A stretch of DNA of 39,327 nucleotides. Origin: an uncultured Ruminococcus sp. Lineage in GTDB: Bacteria > Bacillota > Clostridia > Oscillospirales > Acutalibacteraceae. This document shows, in pieces, positions 7,578 to 16,000 of the stretch (position 1 is its first letter; every line of letters begins with the position of its first letter). Position numbers and translations under genes: made by a program. The stretch is taken from NCBI GenBank assembly GCA_902772855.1, contig CACYCG010000194.1, positions 1-39,327 of the forward strand, in the 5' to 3' direction. The notes beneath the pieces are model-generated. The model ran no database searches, was not told where the DNA came from, and was given only the letters and a program-made list of their open reading frames with translations.

Positions 7578-8018
7578 ATGACTCTTATTGCGTCAAAATC
7601 GTGGGAAAGTTATTGCTCGCTATGCCGAGCATTGGAACGAATGGAGATCCGATATGAAAAAAATGATAAGGAATTGTCGGTCAAATGCGCAGTCAGCGGG
7701 TGTGCGCTGGAACAGAAATACCGCATTTCTATTGATCCTTCCAAAATGCTGATGACGCTGTTTGCGCCGCTGCCTCTTCCAGTGACAGATGAAACAGCGG
7801 GCGATTTAGCGATTGCGGCTTCTATGGTGAATCATTCGATCCGGGATGGATGTTTGTGCATTGATTTTCGGGAAGGGCTCATGTATCTGAGACTGACCGC
7901 CAGCTTTTATGAATCGGCTTTCAGTGGGACGGTGTTTGAATATATGCTCTCCACAGCGGCAGATATTTTAGATGAATATTTTCCGAAATTGTCTCAGTTG
8001 GCTTCTTTGGTAAAATAG
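7578..8018 (+). CDS. Second YbjN-family (chaperone-like) protein, 146 aa
   Basis: GGGAGGAG RBS. The secondary-structure-like pattern is collinear with the 3769-4260 product: LSVKCAVSG..YRISIDP..LMTLFAP..AASMVNHSIRDGCLCIDF..LMYLRLTASF. No TM segment. Confidence 0.55.
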   Translation: MTLIASKSWESYCSLCRALERMEIRYEKNDKELSVKCAVSGCALEQKYRISIDPSKMLMTLFAPLPLPVTDETAGDLAIAASMVNHSIRDGCLCIDFREGLMYLRLTASFYESAFSGTVFEYMLSTAADILDEYFPKLSQLASLVK

Positions 8019-8031
8019 GTTTACACTCCGG

Positions 8032-8066
8032 ATGCTGTCCGCTTTTTGCGGGCAGCATATTTTTTC
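8032..8066 (+). terminator. Intrinsic terminator after the second YbjN-like gene
   Basis: ATGCTGTCCGC-TTTTT-GCGGGCAGCAT, an 11-bp stem with one G-U pair, followed by ATTTTTT. Confidence 0.75.
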
Positions 8067-8104
8067 AGGGAGGAGCATAGGTTGAAGGGAAGTCTGATGT
8101 TGGG

Positions 8105-8932
8105 ATGGTGAGGGGAATGTATCTGATCTTTAACCGGAAAAGTCTGGTGGCCTCCGGTGTGGCCCTGCTGCTGGCGGTGGCGGTTCTTCTGGTCGGAAGC
8201 GGTGTATATGATCATTACGCCCTGCCCGCAGCGGCAGAGGCGAATTGGGGACTGTCGTTTCCCAAGGAGGGCGGAACCCCTGTCGGAAACGCTTCTGCAG
8301 AGCATCTGAAACAATGGAACGCTTATTATATCGGCGATTCTTCTCAGAAACAGATTTATCTGACCTTCGATGCGGGGTATGAAAACGGGCAAACGGAACG
8401 GATCCTCGATGTGCTGAAAAAGCATCAGGCGCCGGCTGCCTTCTTTCTGGTCGGAAACTATATCAGCAGTGCTCCGGAATTGGTCAGGCGGATGGTGCGG
8501 GAAGGACATACTGTTGGCAATCATACGTTCCATCATCCGGATATGTCGAAGATCTCCGATGAGGTGACCTTTGCAAAAGAACTGACCTCTCTGGAAGAAC
8601 TGTTTGAAGAAACGACCGGCGAAAAGATGAAAAAATACTACCGCCCGCCTCAGGGAAAATACAGTGAAAATAACTTGAAAATGGCACAGGAATTAGGCTA
8701 TACAACGGTATTCTGGAGTCTGGCGTATGTAGACTGGTATACCGATCAGCAGCCATCGGAAGAAGAAGCCCTCGGAAAACTGCTTCCCCGCATTCACAAC
8801 GGGGCCATCCTGCTGCTGCACAGCACCTCCGAAACCAATGCTAAAATACTGGATACTCTTTTAACAAAGCTGGAACAGCAGGGGTATCGCTTTGCGGATA
8901 TCTCCACCCTGACAGAAGATATTCCGGCTTGA
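8105..8932 (+). CDS. pdaA: Delta-lactam-biosynthetic de-N-acetylase (spore cortex polysaccharide deacetylase)
   Basis: NWGLSF..YLTFDAGYENG..FFLVGNY..EGHTVGNHTFHHPDM..YRPPQG..FWSLAYVDW..LLLHS matches the PdaA-type NodB domain closely. N-terminal signal anchor present. Alternative start at the ATG at 8117. Confidence 0.85.
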   Translation: MVRGMYLIFNRKSLVASGVALLLAVAVLLVGSGVYDHYALPAAAEANWGLSFPKEGGTPVGNASAEHLKQWNAYYIGDSSQKQIYLTFDAGYENGQTERILDVLKKHQAPAAFFLVGNYISSAPELVRRMVREGHTVGNHTFHHPDMSKISDEVTFAKELTSLEELFEETTGEKMKKYYRPPQGKYSENNLKMAQELGYTTVFWSLAYVDWYTDQQPSEEEALGKLLPRIHNGAILLLHSTSETNAKILDTLLTKLEQQGYRFADISTLTEDIPA

Positions 8933-8980
8933 CAGGTGGTTTTGTCTGGAAAATTATTTCCACGGGATTTTGAAATGCTA

Positions 8981-9009
8981 TTGACTAACTGGAAAAATCT
9001 CTTTATAAT
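8981..9009 (+). promoter_or_regulatory. Sigma-A promoter of the multi-zinc-ribbon gene
   Basis: TTGACT (8981-8986), 17-nt spacer, TATAAT (9004-9009). Confidence 0.75.
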
Positions 9010-9095
9010 GTATTACAGCAAGTTATGCCATAATTTGCTGGATTGTCTTGTTTTCAAGCCAATAGTATTGTGAAGAAATGGAGGATATGCAATTT

Positions 9096-11342
9096 ATGAG
9101 ATGTAAAAAATGTGCTTCTCTCCTGAAAGAAGGGGATACTGTCTGTCCGGTTTGCGGAGCGGCTGTATCGGAAGAACCTGCTTCTTCCGGTGATACTTGC
9201 TCTAAATGCGGCGCTGAGCTGAAACCCGGTGCAAAGTTCTGCCCGAAATGCGGCGAAAAAACGGCTGCTGCACCCGCTTTTCCGCAGCCCTCTGCTGACA
9301 GTGTCAAAAGCGATTCGTTTATCTCTTTGAGCAAAGAACCGGAAACTCCGGAAAAAACGGATTCCGTTCGTGCTGATGTCTGCCCCAAATGCGCAGCGGA
9401 ACTGAAACCCGGCGCAAAGTTCTGCCCGAAATGCGGCGCCAAAACAGAAGCTGCGGGTGCGGCTCCTGCACCGGTCCCGGCTCCTGCTGCGGGTGGAAAT
9501 GCCTGCGCTAAATGTGGAACGGAACTGAAACCCGGCGCAAAGTTCTGCCCGAAATGCGGCGCTAAAACGGAAGCGGCGGCTTCCGCTTCCGCTCCTGCTC
9601 CGGTCCCGGCTCCTGCTGCGGGTGGAAATGTCTGCTCCAAATGCGCAGCGGAACTGAGACCCGGCGCAAAGTTCTGTCCGAAATGCGGCACAAAAACGGA
9701 AGCGGCGGCTTCCGCTCCGACCTCTGCTCCGACTCCTGCTCCTGCAGCAGCATCTGTTTCCGGAGATACGAAGGTCTGCCCCAAATGTCACGGCGTCATG
9801 AAGCCGGGCACAAAGGTTTGTGCGGTTTGCGGGTATAAGCTCGGCGATCCCCTGAAGCCGGATCTGGACGCTACGGCTCCGATCCCGGAGGGGAAGGATT
9901 CCTTCTCTTCTCCCGCCCCGGCTCCCACTCCTGCTCCGGCCGCTTCGGCTGTTCCGAAAAAACCGCTGAGCCCCCTCCCCTTTATTCTGATCGGTATTGC
10001 ACTGGTTGTGATCGTGGGAATTATTATTCTTGTCAATGTGATCTCCGGTCTTCTGAATAAGCCTCAGTCGATCGACCTGGACAAATATGTCACGGTGGAA
10101 TTTGAGGGTTATACCGGCTCCGGCACAGCTACTGTAAGCTTTGATGAGGACAGCTTCTCCTCTGATTGGAAATCCAAACTGAGCTACAAAAAGGAAGCCC
10201 GTCAGTTCAAACACGCCGGGGAGATTGAAAGCGGAGACCCCACCACGCTGATTGCTTATTATGCTAAAAAGAGCCTGAAGCTGGATAAGTCGGAGGAACT
10301 TTCCAACGGGGATGTTGTGAAAGCAAAATGGAAGATCTCCGACACGGCCAAGAAAGATATTCTCGAATTTCTGAACTGTGAAGTGACCGGTTCCAATCCG
10401 GAGTTTACCGTGGAAGGTCTGAAAGAAGTGGAAGCGGTGGATCTTTTCGCAGGTATTTCCGTAACCTTTGAGGGTACCGCTCCTAATGGATATGCCTATG
10501 TCAAAACCTCTTCTTCCGATTATTATTTCAGCTACTCAATCGACAAGGAAAGCGGTCTGAGCAACGGTGACAAGGTCGTTGTGGAACTGAAAAGCCCCTA
10601 TTCTTCCTACGACAGTCTGGAAAGCTACATGATCGAAGAATACAAGAAGAAGCCGGCTGCTCTGAAGAAAGAATATGAAGTCACTGGTCTGAAGGTAAGA
10701 ATGGCCAAGTTGGAACAAGTTTCCGATTCGATCCTGACCGATGTGAAGAGCGAAGTGGAGTCCTTTATTGACAGCGATACCAGCAAAACCGGTGTGACCC
10801 TGAACTCGAAAGAGTATCTCGGTCTGGTGCTGGGAGCGAAAACGGAATCCAGCTCCTATGATTTCAATCGTCTGTATGCTGTGTATAAAGTGACGGTTTC
10901 CTTGAAGGACGATTCTTCTAAGAAGCCGGTGGAGCTGACCTATTATACGGCAGAGTATTTTGAGGACCTGGTGCTGACCAGTGATGGTTCTCTGGAATCC
11001 TCTTATCTCAGCGGCTATCATAACTATGATACCGTTCGTCCCTCTACGAAGAATTATTACAGCTTCTATGGTTATGAAACCTATGATAAACTGTATGAAG
11101 TCATTACCAAGAAAACCGGATATTCCTACGAAACCAATATAACGGCTGAAGCGTCCGAACCGGAAGAGGAAAGCAAGACGGAAGAAAGTTCCGAAACTTC
11201 CGGAGAAGGTTCTGATGTTTCTAAAACGGAGAGCGACGCTTCCGGAGATTCTTCCGAGAAACCCGAAAGTGCGCCTGAATCCGGTGAACCGGCGGAAGGC
11301 TCTGAAAAAGTATCCGAAGTAGAAACTTCCGAAACAGAATGA
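9096..11342 (+). CDS. Single-pass membrane protein with six N-terminal (cytoplasmic) zinc ribbons, Ala/Pro linkers, one TM helix, a beta-rich extracytoplasmic region and an acidic Ser/Glu tail
   Basis: Six CxxC-N10-CxxC units. TM helix LPFILIGIALVVIVGIIILVNVISGLL at about nt 9966-10056. The start at 9096 has GGAGGA 10 nt upstream. The track start at 9078 is the alternative. Confidence 0.8.
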   Translation: MRCKKCASLLKEGDTVCPVCGAAVSEEPASSGDTCSKCGAELKPGAKFCPKCGEKTAAAPAFPQPSADSVKSDSFISLSKEPETPEKTDSVRADVCPKCAAELKPGAKFCPKCGAKTEAAGAAPAPVPAPAAGGNACAKCGTELKPGAKFCPKCGAKTEAAASASAPAPVPAPAAGGNVCSKCAAELRPGAKFCPKCGTKTEAAASAPTSAPTPAPAAASVSGDTKVCPKCHGVMKPGTKVCAVCGYKLGDPLKPDLDATAPIPEGKDSFSSPAPAPTPAPAASAVPKKPLSPLPFILIGIALVVIVGIIILVNVISGLLNKPQSIDLDKYVTVEFEGYTGSGTATVSFDEDSFSSDWKSKLSYKKEARQFKHAGEIESGDPTTLIAYYAKKSLKLDKSEELSNGDVVKAKWKISDTAKKDILEFLNCEVTGSNPEFTVEGLKEVEAVDLFAGISVTFEGTAPNGYAYVKTSSSDYYFSYSIDKESGLSNGDKVVVELKSPYSSYDSLESYMIEEYKKKPAALKKEYEVTGLKVRMAKLEQVSDSILTDVKSEVESFIDSDTSKTGVTLNSKEYLGLVLGAKTESSSYDFNRLYAVYKVTVSLKDDSSKKPVELTYYTAEYFEDLVLTSDGSLESSYLSGYHNYDTVRPSTKNYYSFYGYETYDKLYEVITKKTGYSYETNITAEASEPEEESKTEESSETSGEGSDVSKTESDASGDSSEKPESAPESGEPAEGSEKVSEVETSETE
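9381..9700 (+). repeat. In-frame tandem DNA repeat (about 123-129 bp unit, about 2.6 copies) encoding ribbon-plus-linker modules
   Basis: Ribbon units start at 9381, 9504 and 9633. A run of more than 40 nt, GAACTGAAACCCGGCGCAAAGTTCTGCCCGAAATGCGGCGC, is identical in the first two. The linker GCTCCTGC.CCGGTCCCGGCTCCTGCTGCGGGTGGAAATG.CTGC is nearly identical at 9466-9506 and 9592-9635. Confidence 0.85.
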
Positions 11343-11376
11343 TGCACCGGCCTGAAAGAGTCTGTTTCATCTAATC

Positions 11377-11415
11377 AAAGCGGGAACCTTCTGACAGATG
11401 GTTCCCGCTTTTCTG
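11377..11415 (+). terminator. Intrinsic terminator after the multi-zinc-ribbon gene
   Basis: AAGCGGGAACC-(11 nt)-GGTTCCCGCTT, an 11-bp stem, followed by TTCTG. Confidence 0.7.
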
Positions 11416-11418
11416 CAT

Positions 11419-11452
11419 GATAAAGGGGGCCGTCTGTTCAAGGACGGTCCCC
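11419..11452 (-). terminator. Intrinsic terminator after the HAD hydrolase gene (convergent with the previous terminator)
   Basis: Minus strand: GGGGACCGTC-(8 nt)-GACGGCCCCC, a 10-bp stem with one mismatch, followed by TTTATC. Confidence 0.5.
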
Positions 11453-11485
11453 TTAAATATTTGTGGGTGCTGAAAAAGGATGCTC

Positions 11486-12214
11486 TTATTCCCCAAAGAG
11501 GGCGATGCGTGCTTCGTGCAGGCTGCCGCTCATGATCTGGTATTTGGCCAGCAGTTTTCCCTGGACGTCCGGGGAAATATTGGTGTGCAGATACAAAGAA
11601 TCCAGTCCGGCTTGATAGGATCCTTTGATGTCAGAAACAGAATCGTTGCCGATCATAATGGTTTCTTCCGGAAGCAGGTGATGTTTCTCCAGCATCTTCT
11701 GATAAAACTTGACATCGGGCTTGGCGCAGCCTTCATCGGAAGAAATCAAGATGTCATCGAATTCATCGTAAAGACCAAGCATCCGGATCTCCGGTTCGGT
11801 GAAGATTCTTTGAGCGTTGGAAAGCAGATAGATCTTTCCGCCATGTGAGCGGATAGCCTCAAAAAGCTCCTCTACCCCATCGTACAGCCGGATATATTTG
11901 AGTGAAAGCGCCCGGAAAACCTTTCCGGTCCAGGCAGCGATCTCTTCGCTGCAGGGAACAGATTTTTCGGTGAATAGGCGCTGGAAGACGTGAAGGATCT
12001 GCGGTTCGGGATTAGTGGTGTATTTTTCGTGAGGAATCGATTTTATTTCTTCGATCACATAGGCATTGTAAGTTTGCTGCAGTTCTTTCGGAGTGTAAAT
12101 GGCTCCGGACATGGCGTAGATCTTAGCCATATTCTCCCACAGTTCGTCATTCCATTCGTTGGTGTTGATGTCAACCAATGTTCCGTACAAATCAAAAAAA
12201 TAATTGCGATACAT
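11486..12214 (-). CDS. HAD-superfamily hydrolase (DxYGT variant of motif I, as in the type II haloacid dehalogenase-like subfamily)
   Basis: Motif I FFDLYGTLVD, motif II LLSN, motif IV IGNDSVSDI. GGAGGG RBS. Confidence 0.8.
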   Translation of the reverse strand: MYRNYFFDLYGTLVDINTNEWNDELWENMAKIYAMSGAIYTPKELQQTYNAYVIEEIKSIPHEKYTTNPEPQILHVFQRLFTEKSVPCSEEIAAWTGKVFRALSLKYIRLYDGVEELFEAIRSHGGKIYLLSNAQRIFTEPEIRMLGLYDEFDDILISSDEGCAKPDVKFYQKMLEKHHLLPEETIMIGNDSVSDIKGSYQAGLDSLYLHTNISPDVQGKLLAKYQIMSGSLHEARIALFGE

Positions 12215-12311
12215 GATTTCCCTCCGTTATTATTTTGTCTGTGTTTTGTGTTTAATGGTTTTCGGTGATTTCAAGAAGAATCCCCGCTGAAAAACTCGGC
12301 GGGGAAAAAAA

Positions 12312-12764
12312 TCAGAAATAGGTTCGATAATCAAACATCGGGAACGGCATGGGAGGTTCTGCAAAGGCGTAAATGATGTAATACCCCTGAGGAGCAGAAT
12401 CATGCTGATTGAACCGCAGCTTGGAATCAAAATCTGTTCCGAACGTTTTGGCTGCATCGGACAGGGGGATGATCTGCAGGGTCAGGCCATCGGGCTGTCT
12501 GGAAAGATAGTGGCTGCGCATTTCACCCAGTGATTGATTGCTTTTGACCAAAATGGCTCCGTAATACTGAAGAGCGCCTGTTTTGGAGGTGAGCTTTCCG
12601 GTTTTGGAAATAGAAGCTTCTTTGGAGGCACCGGCGGGGAGTTCAATGGCGTTGAGCTGGCTTTCTACGCTGCCGGAAGCTAATTCATCCATGACAAAGG
12701 AAGTTACTAACAGTCCGACGAAGGATAAAATCAGCAGCGTGAGAATGATTTTGAATGCTTTCAT
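12312..12764 (-). CDS. Hypothetical signal-anchored or secreted protein, 150 aa
   Basis: AAGGAGAG RBS. N-terminal hydrophobic segment IILTLLILSFVGLLVTSFV. Has its own consensus promoter. I recognise no family. Confidence 0.6.
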   Translation of the reverse strand: MKAFKIILTLLILSFVGLLVTSFVMDELASGSVESQLNAIELPAGASKEASISKTGKLTSKTGALQYYGAILVKSNQSLGEMRSHYLSRQPDGLTLQIIPLSDAAKTFGTDFDSKLRFNQHDSAPQGYYIIYAFAEPPMPFPMFDYRTYF

Positions 12765-12825
12765 GTTTTACTCTCCTTTTTGTGTATTGGCCCGATCGGT
12801 AAGACACGGGCATTGTCTTTTTGTT

Positions 12826-12854
12826 ATTATACTACCTCTCCGGCCATTTTGCAA
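12826..12854 (-). promoter_or_regulatory. Sigma-A promoter of the 150-aa secreted-protein gene
   Basis: Minus strand: TTGCAA (12854-12849), 17-nt spacer, TATAAT (12831-12826). Confidence 0.7.
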
Positions 12855-12957
12855 CTATTTTTTAACAAATTATGAAGAAACCAATGGGAACTGTCAAGAT
12901 CGTTCCAAAATACCGGATTTTCGCCTTTGCGCCCGGGGACCGGACCGGGATCGGCGG

Positions 12958-12987
12958 TTGAAAAGAAGAGAGTGAGTGTGATATAAT
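12958..12987 (+). promoter_or_regulatory. Sigma-A promoter of the RecQ-UvrD fusion helicase gene
   Basis: TTGAAA (12958-12963), 18-nt spacer, TGA-TATAAT (extended -10, -10 hexamer at 12982-12987). Confidence 0.65.
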
Positions 12988-13037
12988 CTTCTCAGAATAA
13001 GTATGGATCGGTTCCGGGCAGGAAAGGGAGGTTGACG

Positions 13038-16000
13038 ATGAGCGGTATCGTGTTTTTTGATCTGGAAACAGATCCTTCCGGAAAAACCTTGCAGTGCATA
13101 CACGGTCTTCGGGAAGATGGCGCTGTTTTTGCATCCGATTCTCTAAAGGAATGGCTTCGGTTTGCACAGGGAGCTTCCTTCTGGTGCGGATTTGACATTC
13201 GGGAGAAAGTTTCTCTTTTGTCCGAATGTCCTGATTTTTTGAATGATCCGGAAGTGGTCGATGTCATGCTGCTGATGCCGCTCTTTCTTTCTGCCCGGCA
13301 GGCTTCCCGTTTCTGGGAAGAGGAACAGGGAGAAAGGGTTTTGTCGGGAGAAGAAAAAGTCCGACGGATCCGAGAACTGTTCGAGCAGGAGAAAACAGCT
13401 CAGAAAGCCCTTTCTTCCGGATGGACGGACATCCTTTCTTCCTTAGTGTATCGGGAGCGTTGGGCAAAGTGTTTCTTTGAGAAAAGACATCGGATGGTGC
13501 TTCCCTTTGTGCTGTCTGCGAAGGTTCAGGAGGAGCTGAAGGGGCAACTATGCGAGAATGTGAATATTGCTTCCTTTCTGCTTCGCTATCCGGTAGAGTC
13601 GGCTTATGCGCTGGCTTCCATAGAGCGTCGGGAAATGCTCCCTGTCTGGCTTTCCCGTTACTATCCGATGGCGGAAGAGTTGGTTCGGATCCTGCAGCAA
13701 ACACCCTGCCGGAAAGGATGTGCCTACTGCAGCAGTCGGTGGGATATTCATGCGGCATTGAAGCGCTTTTTTGGCTATGATTCTTTTTTGACATACCGGG
13801 GCGAGCCGCTTCAGGAAAGGGCTGTGCAAAAAGCCGTCTGTGGGAAATCAATTGCCGCTGTTTTTCCGACAGGGGGAGGAAAATCGCTGACCTTTCAATT
13901 GCCTGCCCTGATGGCCGGACAGATCGAGCAGGGATTGACGGTAGTGATCTCTCCCCTGCTTTCTTTGATGAAGGATCAGGTCGATCAGCTTGTGCAGAGA
14001 GGCATTACGGAGGCGGAAGCTCTGAACAGCCTGCAGGATCCTTTTGAACGCTCGAAAACGATTCGCAGATTATTGGACGGAGAGGCTTCGATCGTCTATC
14101 TATCGCCGGAATCTCTTCGAAGCGCTTCTGTGGAAAGGATCCTGCTGCAGCGCAGAGTGGTCCGGTTTGTTATTGATGAAGCGCATTGTTTTTCGGCCTG
14201 GGGGCAGGATTTCCGGGTGGACTATTTGTATATCGGAGATTTTTTGAAAGAGCTTCAGCAGAAAAAAAGGCTGCGTGACCCAATCCCTGTATCCTGTTTT
14301 ACCGCTACCGCCAAACCGGAGGTGCTCGAGGATATCTGCCGGTATTTTCAGGAGAAAACCGGCTGTAGCATGGAGATCCTGAGTGCCCCTTCCGATCGGG
14401 AGAATTTGCATTACCATGTGCTGAAAACCGGGAAATATGAGGAAAAATATAACAGTCTCCGGCACCTTCTGACCTTTCATGTCTGTCCGACCATTGTGTA
14501 TGTTTCTACTACGAAAGCGGCGGAGAAGCTGGCAGAGTCTTTGACAAGAGATGGATTTCCTTCTCTTCCCTATCACGGAAAAATGAGATCGGAGCAAAAG
14601 ATCGCTCATCAGGAAGCGTTTATCCGCAACGAAGTGCGGGTGATGGTGGCCACTTCGGCGTTCGGGATGGGGGTGGATAAAAAGGATGTTTTGATGACGG
14701 TCCATTTTGATATTCCGGATTCGCCGGAAAACTTTGTGCAGGAATCCGGGCGGGCCGGACGGGATCCCGCTGTGCAGGCAGATTGTTATCTGCTGTACAG
14801 CAGGGATGATATTCGCCGTCATTTCATGCGGCTGCAGCGCTCCAAAGTGAATATCAGCGAAATCAAGCAAATCTTCAAAGCCATCAAAGCGCTGACAAAA
14901 GAAGATCGGCACTTATCCTGTTCTCCGGAAGAACTGGCTTCCGAAGCCGGATGGGATCCGTTTGAGCCCCATATGGAAATGCACCTGAAAACCGCTTTGG
15001 CCTCTTTAGAGCACAGCGGCTATATCCGGAGGGATCCGAACCGGATGCAGGTGTATGCTTCGGCTTTGCAGGTAGGTTCTATTACCGAAGCGATCGGAAA
15101 GATCCGTTCTTCTCAGTTGATGAGCGACAGCGAGAAAACGATATGCATCAAATTGACGGCCGCTTTGATCTCCGCTCATAACACGTCTATCGTGCGCCAC
15201 AGTCAGCTTCGTTCCCGGGTGGATTGTCTGGCGCAGCAGATCGGCGTGGAGAAAAAACAAATTATCTCCTGCATCAGCCTGCTGCGTCAGGAAGGAATTC
15301 TGGCCGATGAACGGGATCTATATGCCGGCATCGTGATCAAAGGAGGAAAAAACAAGTCTGGAGCGATTTTTGAGGATTTTGCTGCTTTGGAATGCTTTTT
15401 GCTTGAACACATGGAAGAAAAGGAAAAAGAAATCTCCATAAAGGAATTGAATGAAATGGCTCAGCAGGAGGGTCTGTCATTCTGCACCGTCAAAAAGCTG
15501 CGGCAGTTGTTCCATTTTCTGCTTCTTGCCGGGGATCTTCGCCGGACGGGATTTGAGCATCATGGCTATTATTCCCTGACGCCTGCTATTTCCTTATCTG
15601 TTTTGCGGGAAAAAACCAAACGGCGCCATGCATTTGCCCGCTATCTTTTGTCAAGACTCTTTGTATCCGCCCAAAAGCAGTTTTCTCCTTCTCGTTATCT
15701 GCGGACCATCAGTTTTTCTCTTGTGACCGTCTGCGGGGAGTTTTCCCATGAACACCCGGAACTGTGCGGGGAAAAGCCCTTTTCTATCCGGGAGACCGAG
15801 GAGGCAATCTGGTATTTATCCCGGATTCGTTCCATGCGCTCCATCGGAAATTTTTTAATCCGGTATCATAGTCTTGAAATCGAACGGCTGGTGGAGGATT
15901 CCCGGATCCAATATAAAGCGGAGGACTATCGTCCTCTTCAGGAGTATTATACGCAAAAAAACAGACAGATCCACTTTATCGCCGAATGGGCTGAACGGGT

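Noticed and set aside
9198-9700. Regularly spaced repeats that could superficially resemble a CRISPR array
   Set aside because: The repeats are in frame within a long ORF and encode CxxC..CxxC ribbons. The 'spacers' are themselves repeated Ala/Pro linkers. No cas genes are present.
9023-10214. 253-aa and 386-aa ORFs antisense to the zinc-ribbon gene
   Set aside because: These are low-complexity translations (Ala/Gly-rich and Arg/Ser-rich respectively) of the repeat region. They are artefacts of the GC-rich in-frame repeats, and they would start inside the sense gene's promoter and leader.
12887-12906. The inverted repeat GGAAC-N10-GTTCC between the divergent promoters upstream of the helicase, considered as a LexA box
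   Set aside because: Firmicute LexA boxes are GAAC-N4-GTTC. The N10 spacing does not fit, and the site overlaps neither promoter.
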